From NCBI GenBank assembly GCA_963675525.2, contig CAXXSL010000020.1, forward strand, positions 135,974 through 199,973: a stretch of 64,000 nt of DNA, written 5' to 3'. Shown piece by piece: positions 47,530-58,404 of the stretch. Made by a program: the position numbers and the translations under genes. Every line of letters begins with the position of its first letter. The first letter of the stretch is position 1. The stretch is from Anaerohalosphaeraceae bacterium (GTDB taxonomy: Bacteria > Planctomycetota > Phycisphaerae > Sedimentisphaerales > Anaerohalosphaeraceae). The notes below the pieces were generated by a model that was not told where the DNA came from, did no database searches, and was given only the letters and a program-made list of their open reading frames with translations.

Positions 47530-49299
47530 TTATTTCTCTTCCTGCTGCTTTTGCATCTCTTGAATAAACTGGGCTTCCTGTTTGCGAAGTTTTTCAAAAA
47601 GATCCGGTCGTTCGATCTGCAAACGATTAAGCAGGCTCATTCGCATTTCTGGCTGCAGCGACTCATTATTCAGAATTGACAGAAAGGCCTGGTACTTGAT
47701 TAGATCCAGATTAGGCAAACCCATACGCCCCGGTTCATCGTCACCCATTTCTCTTTGATATTTATCATAAATTTCCTGAGCAAAATTTTCCCGAGTCGCC
47801 GCCGCGTCGTCCTCATGCAGCGCATATCGAAAATAGCTCTCATTCAGAAGTGTGAAAGTCATCTGGACGGCATCCTTGATACCCAAACCGTCAAATTCCT
47901 CCCGCCAGCGATCCTTAACAAATGTCAAAAACGGAACTTTGTATTCATCGCGTTCATAACCGGCAGCATCAATAAAATGTTCATTTCGTAAGCGTTGATA
48001 TAATTTCATCGCCATTTTCTGCTGCCCAGCCTGATAAAAATAAAGTACCGCATCTTCCAGAAGATTCTTATGGCCTGTACGAACGGCTTTGGGATTGCCT
48101 TTCTCGAGATTTTCATACTTAACGATCTTGCCCATCCATGTGTCGTCACAGCTCTTGAACATGCGCGGGTCCGGGAATTGATAGATTTCCGACGTTGTTT
48201 TATCTGATGATTGATAGATGACAATTTTTCCGTTTCGAAAGAGATTCTGCAGGCTATGGAAAATGATTCGATCTGTATTTTTTTCATCGATTCGATACTG
48301 CCCGGATCGACCCGCAAGCTCCAGTCCTTTAGCCGCCCAATAAATCGCGTGCGCATCCGGGTGCTCCCAGTTCAATGGCAAGTGTTCGTTGGGATCAGCA
48401 TACTCAACCGGCCCGTATTGCTTATTCAACTTGACCATGAAATCAATATCAAACTTCCACACCTGACGAAGTTGGCTGGCCTTAGCGTATATATCTAACT
48501 TTTCAAGAACGCCGGTTTTACGATAAAGGTCGAGTACATCAAAAACTTCTTTGGCAAAACGTCCCGGCGTCTGGCGAAGCATCAGATAATTAACAACCAG
48601 TTTGTCTTGGTCCAGAAACACCGGGTCAGCCGCCTGAAGGTCACTGATAAATTTAGAAATCTGTTCATCGGCCAGTGTTTCGTTGAGGGTTTTGGGGGCC
48701 GCAGCCAGTTTGTCAAAATAGTCGGTGGATTGATCGCCCAGAAGCGGCCGGATAGAAAGTGCCAACTCCTTCTTATAATAGCGGTGGCAATCGTCTGACA
48801 CCCCTGAAATCTTATGCTGAAAGATCCACGCCAGCGAGCGATACAGTATAATACTGTGAGGATTCTTGATGATCGCTTTATCACGCAGTAATTCATACCC
48901 ATTGCGAACCCATCGCCAGCGATCTTCCGGCTGTGTATTGGGGATGGCCACCGAGATGTTATACGCCATGTTCCATGCGTGAAAATCCCACACCGAAGCA
49001 AACCTTGGCTGAAGAAGCGTGATCCATTCAGCAAGCTGTTTGGCATCAAAAAACTTGCCTTCCTGCTTCAGATTATCTGCACGCATCCAGAGGATATCCA
49101 CCACCAAACCCCGAAACGCCCCCATTGCAACCGTCGCAAAGGCCAGAGACGGCGGTGCATTTTCCAGCGGTTCGTTGGCCACCAGCCCCATATCCTTTCG
49201 AGCCGTCTGAATTGACGCCGTTCGAACCGAAGCCAATGTCAGCAACACCCCGCCAAGAAGGATGCAGCCAACAACAATAAGTCCGTCTTTTAATCGCAT
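47530..49299 (-). CDS. Conserved membrane-anchored helical protein co-located with the ABC exporter
   Basis: N-terminal TM; GAFRGLVVDILWMRA, LQPRFASVWDFHAWNMAYNISV, RWRWVRNG. Confidence 0.75.
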   Translation of the reverse strand: MRLKDGLIVVGCILLGGVLLTLASVRTASIQTARKDMGLVANEPLENAPPSLAFATVAMGAFRGLVVDILWMRADNLKQEGKFFDAKQLAEWITLLQPRFASVWDFHAWNMAYNISVAIPNTQPEDRWRWVRNGYELLRDKAIIKNPHSIILYRSLAWIFQHKISGVSDDCHRYYKKELALSIRPLLGDQSTDYFDKLAAAPKTLNETLADEQISKFISDLQAADPVFLDQDKLVVNYLMLRQTPGRFAKEVFDVLDLYRKTGVLEKLDIYAKASQLRQVWKFDIDFMVKLNKQYGPVEYADPNEHLPLNWEHPDAHAIYWAAKGLELAGRSGQYRIDEKNTDRIIFHSLQNLFRNGKIVIYQSSDKTTSEIYQFPDPRMFKSCDDTWMGKIVKYENLEKGNPKAVRTGHKNLLEDAVLYFYQAGQQKMAMKLYQRLRNEHFIDAAGYERDEYKVPFLTFVKDRWREEFDGLGIKDAVQMTFTLLNESYFRYALHEDDAAATRENFAQEIYDKYQREMGDDEPGRMGLPNLDLIKYQAFLSILNNESLQPEMRMSLLNRLQIERPDLFEKLRKQEAQFIQEMQKQQEEK

Positions 49300-49308
49300 T
49301 CCATTTTC

Positions 49309-50688
49309 CTACACAACAGCCTTGGCAATTTCACGCCGGCTGAAAATAAACATCCCGATAAGCATCGCAAGCAAACCCTTGACAAACAAGGTGATCCCGG
49401 CGGTCGTCAGCAAAAATGTCCAACGCAATGTCCGCCCATCAATAATGTAACCGTTGGGATTATACGCACCGTCAAATTGCGGTATCAGCCACAACAGGGG
49501 CTTGATGGTCAGTGAATAAATGATTCCGATCCCGCTGCCAAGACCGCTGATGGAATCCGTAATAAAACCATTTGTCAATCCGGCAAAGAACACCAGCAGA
49601 CAGGCAAGGATCGCTACAGGAAAAGACAGCCATGTTGAGAGTGCAACACCCAGGACACTCAGGAAGATAAGCTGGATCAAGATCGTCAGAGTCGCCCGAA
49701 TATAATTTCCTGTAAAAGTGCCTGTTTTATACAATATCTCGACATTTTCCGGAATGATTGTCGTACGGTTTACAGCCGGGTTGTTGAAGAACGCCACCGC
49801 CAGATAACGATCGGATGAAACAGCATTGGCCGGGATTGGAAACTCATGCATGGTTTTGGTTGCTTCCTGTCGTTCCACACTATAGATCGGGGTCGTCAGC
49901 AACCCGGTGCCTGCTTCATATTGACGAATGTCGCCCACTCGCCACATGCCGTACACCTGGTCATCCGGCGTGGGGGCCGATGTTTCATATTTATACCGAA
50001 CAAAAATAGCCGAATTAGGGTCCTGAGGGTCCTTGACATTGACATTTTCAAAATCCCATTGTTTGATCCGGCCTGGCGAAACGGATTTGGCCTTCATGAT
50101 CTCCTGAGAACGCAATTCGCCCAAGATGCGAGTAACGCTCATTCCCTCAGGAAGCTGGTTATTCTTTTTTAATGTGTTGAATTGTTCGATCGCCTTTTGA
50201 TTCAAGGCTTCAATGTCCAGTTCCGATTTGATGCCGATACGAGACGTAAAAAATTCGTACTTGACCTGAATTTTCTGGTCGGCCGGGGCATCGGACAAAC
50301 GTGGAATAAATAGGATGCACCCATAAAGTACCGATCCGAATATAGCCAGTAAGGTAACATTTAAAATAAAGATTCCCAAAAGTTTGCCAAGAATTAATTG
50401 AAACCGCTGAACGGGCTTTGTCAGAACCAGGTAAATATGCTTTCGCTTCAGATCGTTGCTCAGGGTGAAGCACGATATCGCGATCGTCAGGATCGAAAGG
50501 AGAAAGCCGATCAAACCTAAACCGTAGCTGGAAAAAGTTTGCAACTTGCCCAGCAGCGTTCCGTCGCCCCCCATGACCACGCTCATCAACGGCAGTAATA
50601 TAATCAACAGCAAGAATACGACGATGGCGATTTTCATGCGTACCGCCTGGGCCAACGTATTCCGTGCTACCGCCCAGACACTACGCAT
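49309..50688 (-). CDS. ABC-2 type transporter permease with large extracytoplasmic loop
   Basis: VARNT, D..RKHIYLVLTKPVQRFQLILGKLLG; multiple TMs; start overlaps the ATPase stop codon. Confidence 0.85.
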   Translation of the reverse strand: MRSVWAVARNTLAQAVRMKIAIVVFLLLIILLPLMSVVMGGDGTLLGKLQTFSSYGLGLIGFLLSILTIAISCFTLSNDLKRKHIYLVLTKPVQRFQLILGKLLGIFILNVTLLAIFGSVLYGCILFIPRLSDAPADQKIQVKYEFFTSRIGIKSELDIEALNQKAIEQFNTLKKNNQLPEGMSVTRILGELRSQEIMKAKSVSPGRIKQWDFENVNVKDPQDPNSAIFVRYKYETSAPTPDDQVYGMWRVGDIRQYEAGTGLLTTPIYSVERQEATKTMHEFPIPANAVSSDRYLAVAFFNNPAVNRTTIIPENVEILYKTGTFTGNYIRATLTILIQLIFLSVLGVALSTWLSFPVAILACLLVFFAGLTNGFITDSISGLGSGIGIIYSLTIKPLLWLIPQFDGAYNPNGYIIDGRTLRWTFLLTTAGITLFVKGLLAMLIGMFIFSRREIAKAVV

Positions 50689-51925
50689 CTGCAGTGTCCT
50701 CCATATCATCGGGACGCGTCACTTCGGTTTTTCCCGTATCTTTCTTACCGATCAATTCATCAAGAACATTCTTCTTGACGTCAGGTTTTTCTTTCGGTCC
50801 AGGTTCAGAAACATCGTCTGTCGCAGGCGTTTGGATCGGGGATAACTCCGCCGACTTTTGAGATAACTGCCGCAGCAATTGGTCGTCTGCGGCCGGTTTA
50901 CTTTTTTCGGCTTGTGTCGTTTCCACCACAGACTCCTTCGGTGGTTCCGGCTGGACCTTTGCCGTAACCAGTTGGTCAAGAACGTTGTCGCGGCGAACAA
51001 CCGGCTTTTCAGCTAAAAAGCCTGAGATGCCAGTGCCCGTTTCGGCACCGCTGGTGCGTTGTTTTTCCTGGCGTGCCTGCGCAACGATCTTCACAAAAAA
51101 GCTTTCCAGCTTATCCATCGGACTTTCAACATCAACCTTGTCACATTCGGAAGTGGCGATCGACTTGATCTTCTCCAAAGCCTGAACACTCAGCTTGCCG
51201 GTTCGGATCTGGGTTTCATTTTTTTGCTGGAGCAGCTCCTTAACCGTCCCTTCAACCTGCATCCGTCCGCCATACAAAATACCGATGCGGTCACAAACAT
51301 CTTCCACATCCGCCAAAAGGTGACTGCATAACAAGATGGTTTTTCCGCGTTTGACCAGTTCGACAAACAGATCTTTCATTTGCCGCGTTCCCATCGGATC
51401 CATGCCGGAAGTCGGCTCATCCAGAATTAACAGATCAGGGTCATTGATCAGAGCCTGAGCCAGACCGATACGCCGGGCCATCCCTTTGGAAAAGGTTCCG
51501 ATCTGACGGTTCCCCATCCCGGACAGGCCCACCATTTCCAGAAGCGTTTCAATGCGGGATCTTCGGATATTACCCGGCAGGCCGAATATTCTGCCGTAAA
51601 AATCCAGTGTTTCACGCGCGGTCAAATATTTATACAGGTAGGATTCCTCGGGCAAATAACCCACGCGAGCCGATATCTTCGGATCACTGATGATTCCGCC
51701 CATGACAAACGTCGCCCCCTTGCTCGGATGCAGCAGATTAAGGATCATTTTCAACGTCGTGGTCTTACCCGAACCGTTCGGCCCCAGAAATCCGTAGATT
51801 TCGTTGTGTTTGATCTTCAGGTCCAAATCTTCGACTGCAATAACCTTAGCCCGGCCCCACCAGTCCGGAAAGATTTTGGTCAGTGAAACCGTTTCAATCG
51901 CATAGTGATTTTCAGATGCTGCCAC
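50681..51925 (-). CDS. ABC transporter ATP-binding protein with C-terminal disordered tail
   Basis: GPNGSGKTT, FSKGM, ILDEPTSG, CSH. Confidence 0.94.
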   Translation of the reverse strand: MAASENHYAIETVSLTKIFPDWWGRAKVIAVEDLDLKIKHNEIYGFLGPNGSGKTTTLKMILNLLHPSKGATFVMGGIISDPKISARVGYLPEESYLYKYLTARETLDFYGRIFGLPGNIRRSRIETLLEMVGLSGMGNRQIGTFSKGMARRIGLAQALINDPDLLILDEPTSGMDPMGTRQMKDLFVELVKRGKTILLCSHLLADVEDVCDRIGILYGGRMQVEGTVKELLQQKNETQIRTGKLSVQALEKIKSIATSECDKVDVESPMDKLESFFVKIVAQARQEKQRTSGAETGTGISGFLAEKPVVRRDNVLDQLVTAKVQPEPPKESVVETTQAEKSKPAADDQLLRQLSQKSAELSPIQTPATDDVSEPGPKEKPDVKKNVLDELIGKKDTGKTEVTRPDDMEDTADA

Positions 51926-51942
51926 TGTTGACTCCGCAAAAC

Positions 51943-53922
51943 TTAAGATTGTTCCTGTACGTGCGGATCAAGATGCTCGCCGAAACGTACCAGGCGGGCA
52001 CTGTTAAAGATGACCGCCAAAGCCCCAACCAAATGCAGTAACGCCGCCATGATCAGATTGACCCACCCCATCGTGATGACAAAGATACCGATCACAATGA
52101 AAAGAATGCCGAAACAAAGATTCTGATTGATGACCGTTCGTGTTTTTCGAGACAGTTGAACCAAAAACGGCAGTCGACGCAGATCGTTGCTCATCAGCGC
52201 GATCGAAGCCGAGTTAATGGCGACATCGCTGCCCGCCGCTCCCATCGCAATCCCCAGATCGCCCGCCGCCAGAGCCGGAGCATCGTTAATACCGTCACCC
52301 ACCACCGCCACCAGATGCCCGTCCCGGCGAATCGCCTCCACGACCGCTAATTTGTCCTGCGGCAAACAATGTGCCTTGTAGTCCGTACAACCCAACTCAG
52401 CAGATACTCGATTGGCAACTTCCCGCCGGTCACCGGTCAACATAGTAATACGCCGAACGCCGTTTTCAAACAATTCGCTAACAGCCTGTTGTGCCTCCGG
52501 ACGCGTCTTGTCCTGCAAGCCGATCCAGCCGAGACATTTACCCGCAGCAGCAAGATACAGCGTACTGAATCCCTGTTCTTCATGCAGTGATGGATCGGAA
52601 ACATTACTGACATCGATACCGTTTTCCTGCAAATAGCTGTCGCGGCCGACCAATACGGCACGGCCGTCAACCATGGCCGAAACACCCTTGCCCGGCGCTT
52701 CATGAAACTGTTCGGCCTGCGTAAAAGTGACATTGGCCTCACGGGCCAGGTTGATCACCGCCCGTGCCGCCGGGTGTTTACTCATCTGCTCGGCCGAGGC
52801 CGCCAAAGCAAGCATTTCAGCCGGCTCAATATCGCTGGCCGGTTCCAGTTTGGTCACATAAAGTTGCCCGGTCGTTAACGTTCCGGTTTTATCAAACACA
52901 ACCGCTGTCAGCCGTCCGGCAATCTCCAGCAGCGATACGTTTTTAATCAGAATACCCAGTCGAGCCGCAGCGGATAACGCCGCCACCATCGCCGTCGGAG
53001 TCGCCATGATCAACGCACACGGACAGGAGATCACAAGAATACCGATGGATATTTCCAGCTTGCGCGTAAAAAATAACACGATTCCGGCGATCATCAGGAT
53101 CGTCGGAATATACCATTTGATGTAGCGATCGATCATACGCATGATCGGCAGCTGCGTTTGTTCGGCGGCAATAATTAACTGCTGCACTTTTCCCAGCGTT
53201 GTATCGTCGCCGGCTTTGGTCACCGTAATGTCCAGCACGCCTGTCAGGTTTGAGGTTCCCGCAAAGACCTGCATTCCGGACACCTTATCGACCGGTAACG
53301 ATTCACCCGTGATGGTCGCTTCGTTAACCGTGCTTAAACCCACTTTGATCTCGCCGTCTGCAGGAATATTATCGCCCGGACGCACACGCACCACGTTACC
53401 CGGTTTCAACTCGCTGACCTTAACCTCCTTTTCAGAGCCGTCGTTGTCCAGCAGGTTCGCGGTGGTCGGCGTTAAATGGATCAATGACTCGATCGCCGCA
53501 CGCGCCCCCAGCGCCGTACGTGTCTCCAGCAATTCGGCAATAAGCATAATAAATGCCACCACGCCGGCTTCGACGTAATCGCCCATCGCAAATGCCGCGA
53601 TGATCGCCAGCGCCACCAGTTCGTCCATGTGCATATGACCCTGAATGATTCCTTTGGCCGCATGGATAATGATCGGCAGTCCCAGGAGGATCGCACCGAC
53701 CATGGCGATCATGTTGCTGACAGTATCCATGTCACCGGCATACAGCCAGTCAAGCAGGGACCACTGGGCAAGCTTGCTGTTGACGATCAAAATAAATCCG
53801 ATCAGGGTGCCGACGAACGCCAGGCTGACACGAAACTGCTTACCTTCGGTGCCGCCCTCGTCATGCAAGTGACTGTGCTGATCCAGTTCTGATACCTTAA
53901 TTCCAATATGATTATGGGCCAT
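51943..53922 (-). CDS. Heavy-metal translocating P1B-type ATPase
   Basis: TGES, SCPC, DKTGT, HP, GDGIND; His-rich N-terminus. Confidence 0.93.
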   Translation of the reverse strand: MAHNHIGIKVSELDQHSHLHDEGGTEGKQFRVSLAFVGTLIGFILIVNSKLAQWSLLDWLYAGDMDTVSNMIAMVGAILLGLPIIIHAAKGIIQGHMHMDELVALAIIAAFAMGDYVEAGVVAFIMLIAELLETRTALGARAAIESLIHLTPTTANLLDNDGSEKEVKVSELKPGNVVRVRPGDNIPADGEIKVGLSTVNEATITGESLPVDKVSGMQVFAGTSNLTGVLDITVTKAGDDTTLGKVQQLIIAAEQTQLPIMRMIDRYIKWYIPTILMIAGIVLFFTRKLEISIGILVISCPCALIMATPTAMVAALSAAARLGILIKNVSLLEIAGRLTAVVFDKTGTLTTGQLYVTKLEPASDIEPAEMLALAASAEQMSKHPAARAVINLAREANVTFTQAEQFHEAPGKGVSAMVDGRAVLVGRDSYLQENGIDVSNVSDPSLHEEQGFSTLYLAAAGKCLGWIGLQDKTRPEAQQAVSELFENGVRRITMLTGDRREVANRVSAELGCTDYKAHCLPQDKLAVVEAIRRDGHLVAVVGDGINDAPALAAGDLGIAMGAAGSDVAINSASIALMSNDLRRLPFLVQLSRKTRTVINQNLCFGILFIVIGIFVITMGWVNLIMAALLHLVGALAVIFNSARLVRFGEHLDPHVQEQS

Positions 53923-53946
53923 AGTATTTACTCAACTCTGTAACGG

Positions 53947-55233
53947 TTAGTTTAAGCTGTTGGATTTAGCTTTCTGTTTCTTGATAGCCGGGTCCCGGTT
54001 GATCAGGATACGGATTTCACGCGGTTTGCCGTCGCCGGAAGGCTGAATGATGATCTTTTCGTCGGCGTTCTCCAAAACCTCCTCTATCGCATCCTGGTAA
54101 AGTTTCTGCAGGACCAGCTCGGGACGTTTTTGGTATTCCGGCAACAGGTTCTTAAGGTACTCGGCATTGGCCTTGGCGTCTTCAACCACGGTTGTCCGGT
54201 AAGCGCGTGCTTCGGATATTTTCGACTGAACCTGGCCGGCCAGTTGAGCAACAAGTTGCTCCTGCTCCGCTTGTGTCATATCCGGCTTTTTAAGCTTCTC
54301 AAGAACCGACTCGGCATTCGGGCCGCCCGTGTCCGTAAGTATTTTTTCCTTATAGGACAACGCCTCAACCCATGTTTGGTCACTCTTCTGACGGGCGCCG
54401 CTGGAAGCCTGAAACGCATCATCCACTTGGCGAGGCCACGTGATCCGGTTTCGGATATCGACAACCTTAATGCCCGACTGAACCTGATCCAGACGACGCT
54501 GCAACTCCTCGCGAACATTATCAGCAATGCCGGTTTCACTTTTGATCGCTTCGTCGATCGTGTAATGCACCATTGTGTTCACGATCGCGTTTGAAGCAAG
54601 GCTTTCCAGAAGCGGTTCGACCGTATCGGCTGCCGCCTCAAGAAAATCCTCACCCGGTTCCTGATTTCGCATAAAGACATTCTGGAAAAACAAAACCGGT
54701 GAATAAATCTTGTAAGAAAGGGTCCATTTGGAATGAACAATATTATAGTCCGTTCCTTCCATTCCTTCCAGGCTGTCGTTACGCGTCAAACAGTAGCCGT
54801 CGGTAAGCGGATCCAGCGGACCGGTCACAGTCCGTTTCAGGTTAGGATTCATTTTTTCCGCATCGGTCTCAGCATACCAGAATGAGTCGATGTCGATTGT
54901 CTGAACGCGCTGAACCGGAATACGGATCACTTCATTAAATGGTTCCGGAAAAGCCATTTCAAAACCCGGCTCAATGACCGGATTCTCAGCAGAACCCTGA
55001 ATCTTGCCAAAAAGCAAAAGCAGCGCCTGTTCATCCGACTGGACCTGGAAAATTCCACTGAAAACAAATAATAAAAGAAGCACGAACATAAAGAGCTTTA
55101 AGATATTAAAACTCACACGCAAAGCTCCCGTCAGGGACTTTCCGGCCTCATCCAACTGCTCGGCCAGCAACCGGTCCTGCTCTTCCGGGCTTTCGTGACT
55201 ACAGCGTTGATGGTGGTGATGATGGTCTGCCAT
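53947..55233 (-). CDS. HflK-like SPFH protein with His-rich N-terminus
   Basis: MADHHHHHQRCSH; TM; VDDAF, EARAYRT...LPEYQKRPEL..QKLY. Confidence 0.85.
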   Translation of the reverse strand: MADHHHHHQRCSHESPEEQDRLLAEQLDEAGKSLTGALRVSFNILKLFMFVLLLLFVFSGIFQVQSDEQALLLLFGKIQGSAENPVIEPGFEMAFPEPFNEVIRIPVQRVQTIDIDSFWYAETDAEKMNPNLKRTVTGPLDPLTDGYCLTRNDSLEGMEGTDYNIVHSKWTLSYKIYSPVLFFQNVFMRNQEPGEDFLEAAADTVEPLLESLASNAIVNTMVHYTIDEAIKSETGIADNVREELQRRLDQVQSGIKVVDIRNRITWPRQVDDAFQASSGARQKSDQTWVEALSYKEKILTDTGGPNAESVLEKLKKPDMTQAEQEQLVAQLAGQVQSKISEARAYRTTVVEDAKANAEYLKNLLPEYQKRPELVLQKLYQDAIEEVLENADEKIIIQPSGDGKPREIRILINRDPAIKKQKAKSNSLN

Positions 55234-55236
55234 GGC

Positions 55237-56154
55237 TTAATTCCCTGCCCCTGAAGTCGCGGTTTTCGGCTTAATGTCCGGCAATTCTTTTAGCAAGTGG
55301 ATCGGCTCGGTTTCGACACCCAGCACGATCGTACTGCGCTGGGCCAGGATCTTCTTCAATGCCTCAAGGTCACGCAGGAACATGGCCAACTCGGGGTCGG
55401 CCTCAAGCATCTCGTAATACTTGGCCGCTTCCGCATCACCGGCTCCACGGATCGCTTTGGCTTGTGCATCGGCCACCGCAAGCAGTTCTTTCTGCTTGGC
55501 GTTCGCATCGCTCGTGATACGCTCAGCTTCGGCGTTTCCGGCCGCGAGGATCGCCTCGGTCTTGCGGTTACGGTCGGCTTTCATGCGTTCAAAGACTTCC
55601 GCAGTTGTGCCCTTGTTGATCAGCAAACGTTTAATACCAACCGCCTGTATTTCGATGCCGTATTCATCTAATGCCTTCTGCTGAATTCCCGCCGCGATCT
55701 CAGACTCGATTTGCTGGAACTGTATTTTTGAAGGATCGGTATTGACAAACTCGCTGAAATAATGCCGCCCGATAACCGAGTTTTGCTTGTTTCTCAAAAG
55801 ACTCTTGAGGTTTTCTTCTGCGGTCACCACGTCTTTTACAGAAATCAGGAATTGATTGGCGTCCTTGATTCGCCAAACAACATAGCTTTTAACGATAATA
55901 GGTTCACCGCCGGCTGTCGCAGTCTCCTCTTCCGGTGTATCCTGAAACAGGCGGCTGCGCTTGTCAAACCGGCGTATTACTTCAATCGGCTTGGGGTATT
56001 TAAACTGCAGCCCCGGCTCATTGATCTGACGGACGGGTTCGCCAAACCGCTCGACGATCACGATGTCAGTCTGACGCACCTGAAACATCACCGACCACAG
56101 ACCCAGCACAACAACAACCAGTACCACGCAAAGTATTGTCCAGAAGTTCCTCAT
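55237..56154 (-). CDS. hflC: HflC-like SPFH protein
   Basis: IVERFGEP..EPGL.FK.P, YVVWRI.D, VFERMKADR, IRGAGDAEAA.YY, FLRDLEAL. Confidence 0.88.
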   Translation of the reverse strand: MRNFWTILCVVLVVVVLGLWSVMFQVRQTDIVIVERFGEPVRQINEPGLQFKYPKPIEVIRRFDKRSRLFQDTPEEETATAGGEPIIVKSYVVWRIKDANQFLISVKDVVTAEENLKSLLRNKQNSVIGRHYFSEFVNTDPSKIQFQQIESEIAAGIQQKALDEYGIEIQAVGIKRLLINKGTTAEVFERMKADRNRKTEAILAAGNAEAERITSDANAKQKELLAVADAQAKAIRGAGDAEAAKYYEMLEADPELAMFLRDLEALKKILAQRSTIVLGVETEPIHLLKELPDIKPKTATSGAGN

Positions 56155-56185
56155 TTTTCCACTTTCCTAATATAAATGATTCCTT

Positions 56186-58231
56186 TTATTTTTGTTCCTG
56201 CAAGCCCAGGTCCAGATCATACAACGACGGCGTCAGTTTCTCCTGCAGATCGACGATATATACCTGGCTGTCATTATCTTCGGTGACCACGACATATTTT
56301 CGGATTGTCTTCAACGACTCCTCCAGCACCATCAGCCGCTGCAGTTTCATAAAGATTTCCGGCGAGGCCATATACCCGTCAAGCTGGCCGCTGAACCGAA
56401 GCCCTTCGCCCCACGCCGTATAGGTCCGCTCAAAGGCATCGCTCTTAGCTTGACGAAGTGTCGTATAGATTTTCCCTTTAACCTCCTCCAGTGACGATTG
56501 CAGCAACTCCCGCATCTGCTCTGTTTTACGTTCGTCGCCAAGTTGCTTTGAATGCTCATACGCCATCGCCAAATCATACAGAGCATCCACCTCAGCGATA
56601 GAGCCGCCCAGTTCGGTGAGCAGTTTGTTCTTGCCGGCCTGGGCATTCAAGACTGTCGCCTGCTTTTTCTGCACGGTAGCGACAACCTTTTCATATTCGG
56701 CAGCAACCTCAGCGGGAGGATGAACGCCCTGCAACCCTAAAAAGATAATTTCAACACCCAACTGTGCCTCGTTAGCGGCTCTTTGAATCCGCTGCTTTAA
56801 TTCCTCCGCCGCGGCAAGCCGCCCGGACCCCAGCAGGCTGCCCGTATCTGTTTGACCGGCAAGATCATCAAATTCAACCTTCGCACTGCCCGCAAACCGT
56901 GTCAACTCCCGGTAACAGATCACTTCCAGCATCGGTTCTGTGTCTTTGTGGTGATACAGGAAATCCCGCATATTCGAAATGCGATACTGGATCGGAACAT
57001 TCGCCTGCACAACACTGACCGGAACGGCCCCCTTTTCATCCTGCTCATTTTTGGACTCTACCGCCACCAGCAGATCATATTCCTCTTCATAATGCTTTTC
57101 ACCCCAGAAGAAGGCTCTTTTATTCTTATCGTCGTCGCCTTCTTTGTACCCAATGGAAAGCTGCTGAACCTCATCGGTCGGATAGACATAAGCAATTTCG
57201 ATCGGCCAGGGTTTTTTGAAATGGATACCAGGCCCTTCATCCCGAACCGGCGACCCGTAATACTCGATCACCCCGGCATGTCCCGGGCCGATCACCACAA
57301 CCGAACTGAGTAAATACAGCATCGCCAAACCAAAAAGAACAAGCGGAATGATCGCCTTCTCCAGCAGTTTGTAAAACCAGGTCTGTGAAACCTGAAATCC
57401 GAATTGGTAATCGATCGTATGAGCAACCGTATGCAGAACCCCGCCCGGCTCATTAAACAAACCGAGGATTCGGCTGTCATAAGGCGGCCGACTGTATTCG
57501 CCCGTCACGCGCGGTCGATAAATATCCAGCACACTGTTCAGCAGGGTTTCGGCACCCAGCACAACCATGACCCACGGCAGGATGTACTTAAGAACCGCCA
57601 ACCCTTCAGGATGCTTAAAATAAGCCAGCGACAAAGCACCCGCCAAAAGGATCGACAAAAGAGACACCAGTAATAAATACGCACCTCCCGCACGCAGCGG
57701 CTTCCACTGGCGTTGGGTGCTCATGCCGGTGCTGTACCGGCTGAATAAAAAGCACAGGAAGGAGATCGCAAACATCAGCACCATTCCAAGTAGCGGATTC
57801 GCCAATGCCCAGGTAGCCGATTTAATCGGATCGACACTGAACTTAAATAACCAAAGCCCCACCAATATTTCATAAAGCCCGATGAGGATCGAAATAACCG
57901 GAATTCCCCATTTTTCCAGGAACTGCAGCCGCTTCTGAGCGACCGCCAGCATCGCCATCCGGTCTCCGCCGCCCGCAAAAATCGTACCCTGCTGGTCCGT
58001 CTTGGAAAGCTGCGTCATATCTAATTTTTCCTGCTCAGCCAGACACCGCTGATGAAATTGAATCAGCAGAAACAGCCAAACAAGGGTCGCCGTCAGGAAA
58101 TGCCAGCTCAACTGGACCATAGCCACGGCACCGACGTAAAAGCCGAGTATCTGTGTAAAGATAAAAAAGACAAGACTTAAAATAAACGCGATTAATGATA
58201 CCGTCTTGGCCTTGCGTGATGATACATTCAT
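56186..58231 (-). CDS. HflK-like SPFH protein fused to a multi-TM N-terminal domain
   Basis: Several N-terminal TMs, then GPGIHFKKPWPIE, QYRI and LQGVHPP.EVA. Confidence 0.85.
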   Translation of the reverse strand: MNVSSRKAKTVSLIAFILSLVFFIFTQILGFYVGAVAMVQLSWHFLTATLVWLFLLIQFHQRCLAEQEKLDMTQLSKTDQQGTIFAGGGDRMAMLAVAQKRLQFLEKWGIPVISILIGLYEILVGLWLFKFSVDPIKSATWALANPLLGMVLMFAISFLCFLFSRYSTGMSTQRQWKPLRAGGAYLLLVSLLSILLAGALSLAYFKHPEGLAVLKYILPWVMVVLGAETLLNSVLDIYRPRVTGEYSRPPYDSRILGLFNEPGGVLHTVAHTIDYQFGFQVSQTWFYKLLEKAIIPLVLFGLAMLYLLSSVVVIGPGHAGVIEYYGSPVRDEGPGIHFKKPWPIEIAYVYPTDEVQQLSIGYKEGDDDKNKRAFFWGEKHYEEEYDLLVAVESKNEQDEKGAVPVSVVQANVPIQYRISNMRDFLYHHKDTEPMLEVICYRELTRFAGSAKVEFDDLAGQTDTGSLLGSGRLAAAEELKQRIQRAANEAQLGVEIIFLGLQGVHPPAEVAAEYEKVVATVQKKQATVLNAQAGKNKLLTELGGSIAEVDALYDLAMAYEHSKQLGDERKTEQMRELLQSSLEEVKGKIYTTLRQAKSDAFERTYTAWGEGLRFSGQLDGYMASPEIFMKLQRLMVLEESLKTIRKYVVVTEDNDSQVYIVDLQEKLTPSLYDLDLGLQEQK

Positions 58232-58404
58232 CTTCCGGTTTCCCTACTTTTAGTAAATACCTATGAACTTTATACCCAGTGAAAAAGTATTGACTATAAT
58301 AATCTTATGGCAAAATGCAATGTTCGACTTTACAAAAAAATGATATTGCGTAGAATAATACCATGTTTCGAGATAATTTTTAATCCTTTTTTAAGGAAAA
58401 AAAC

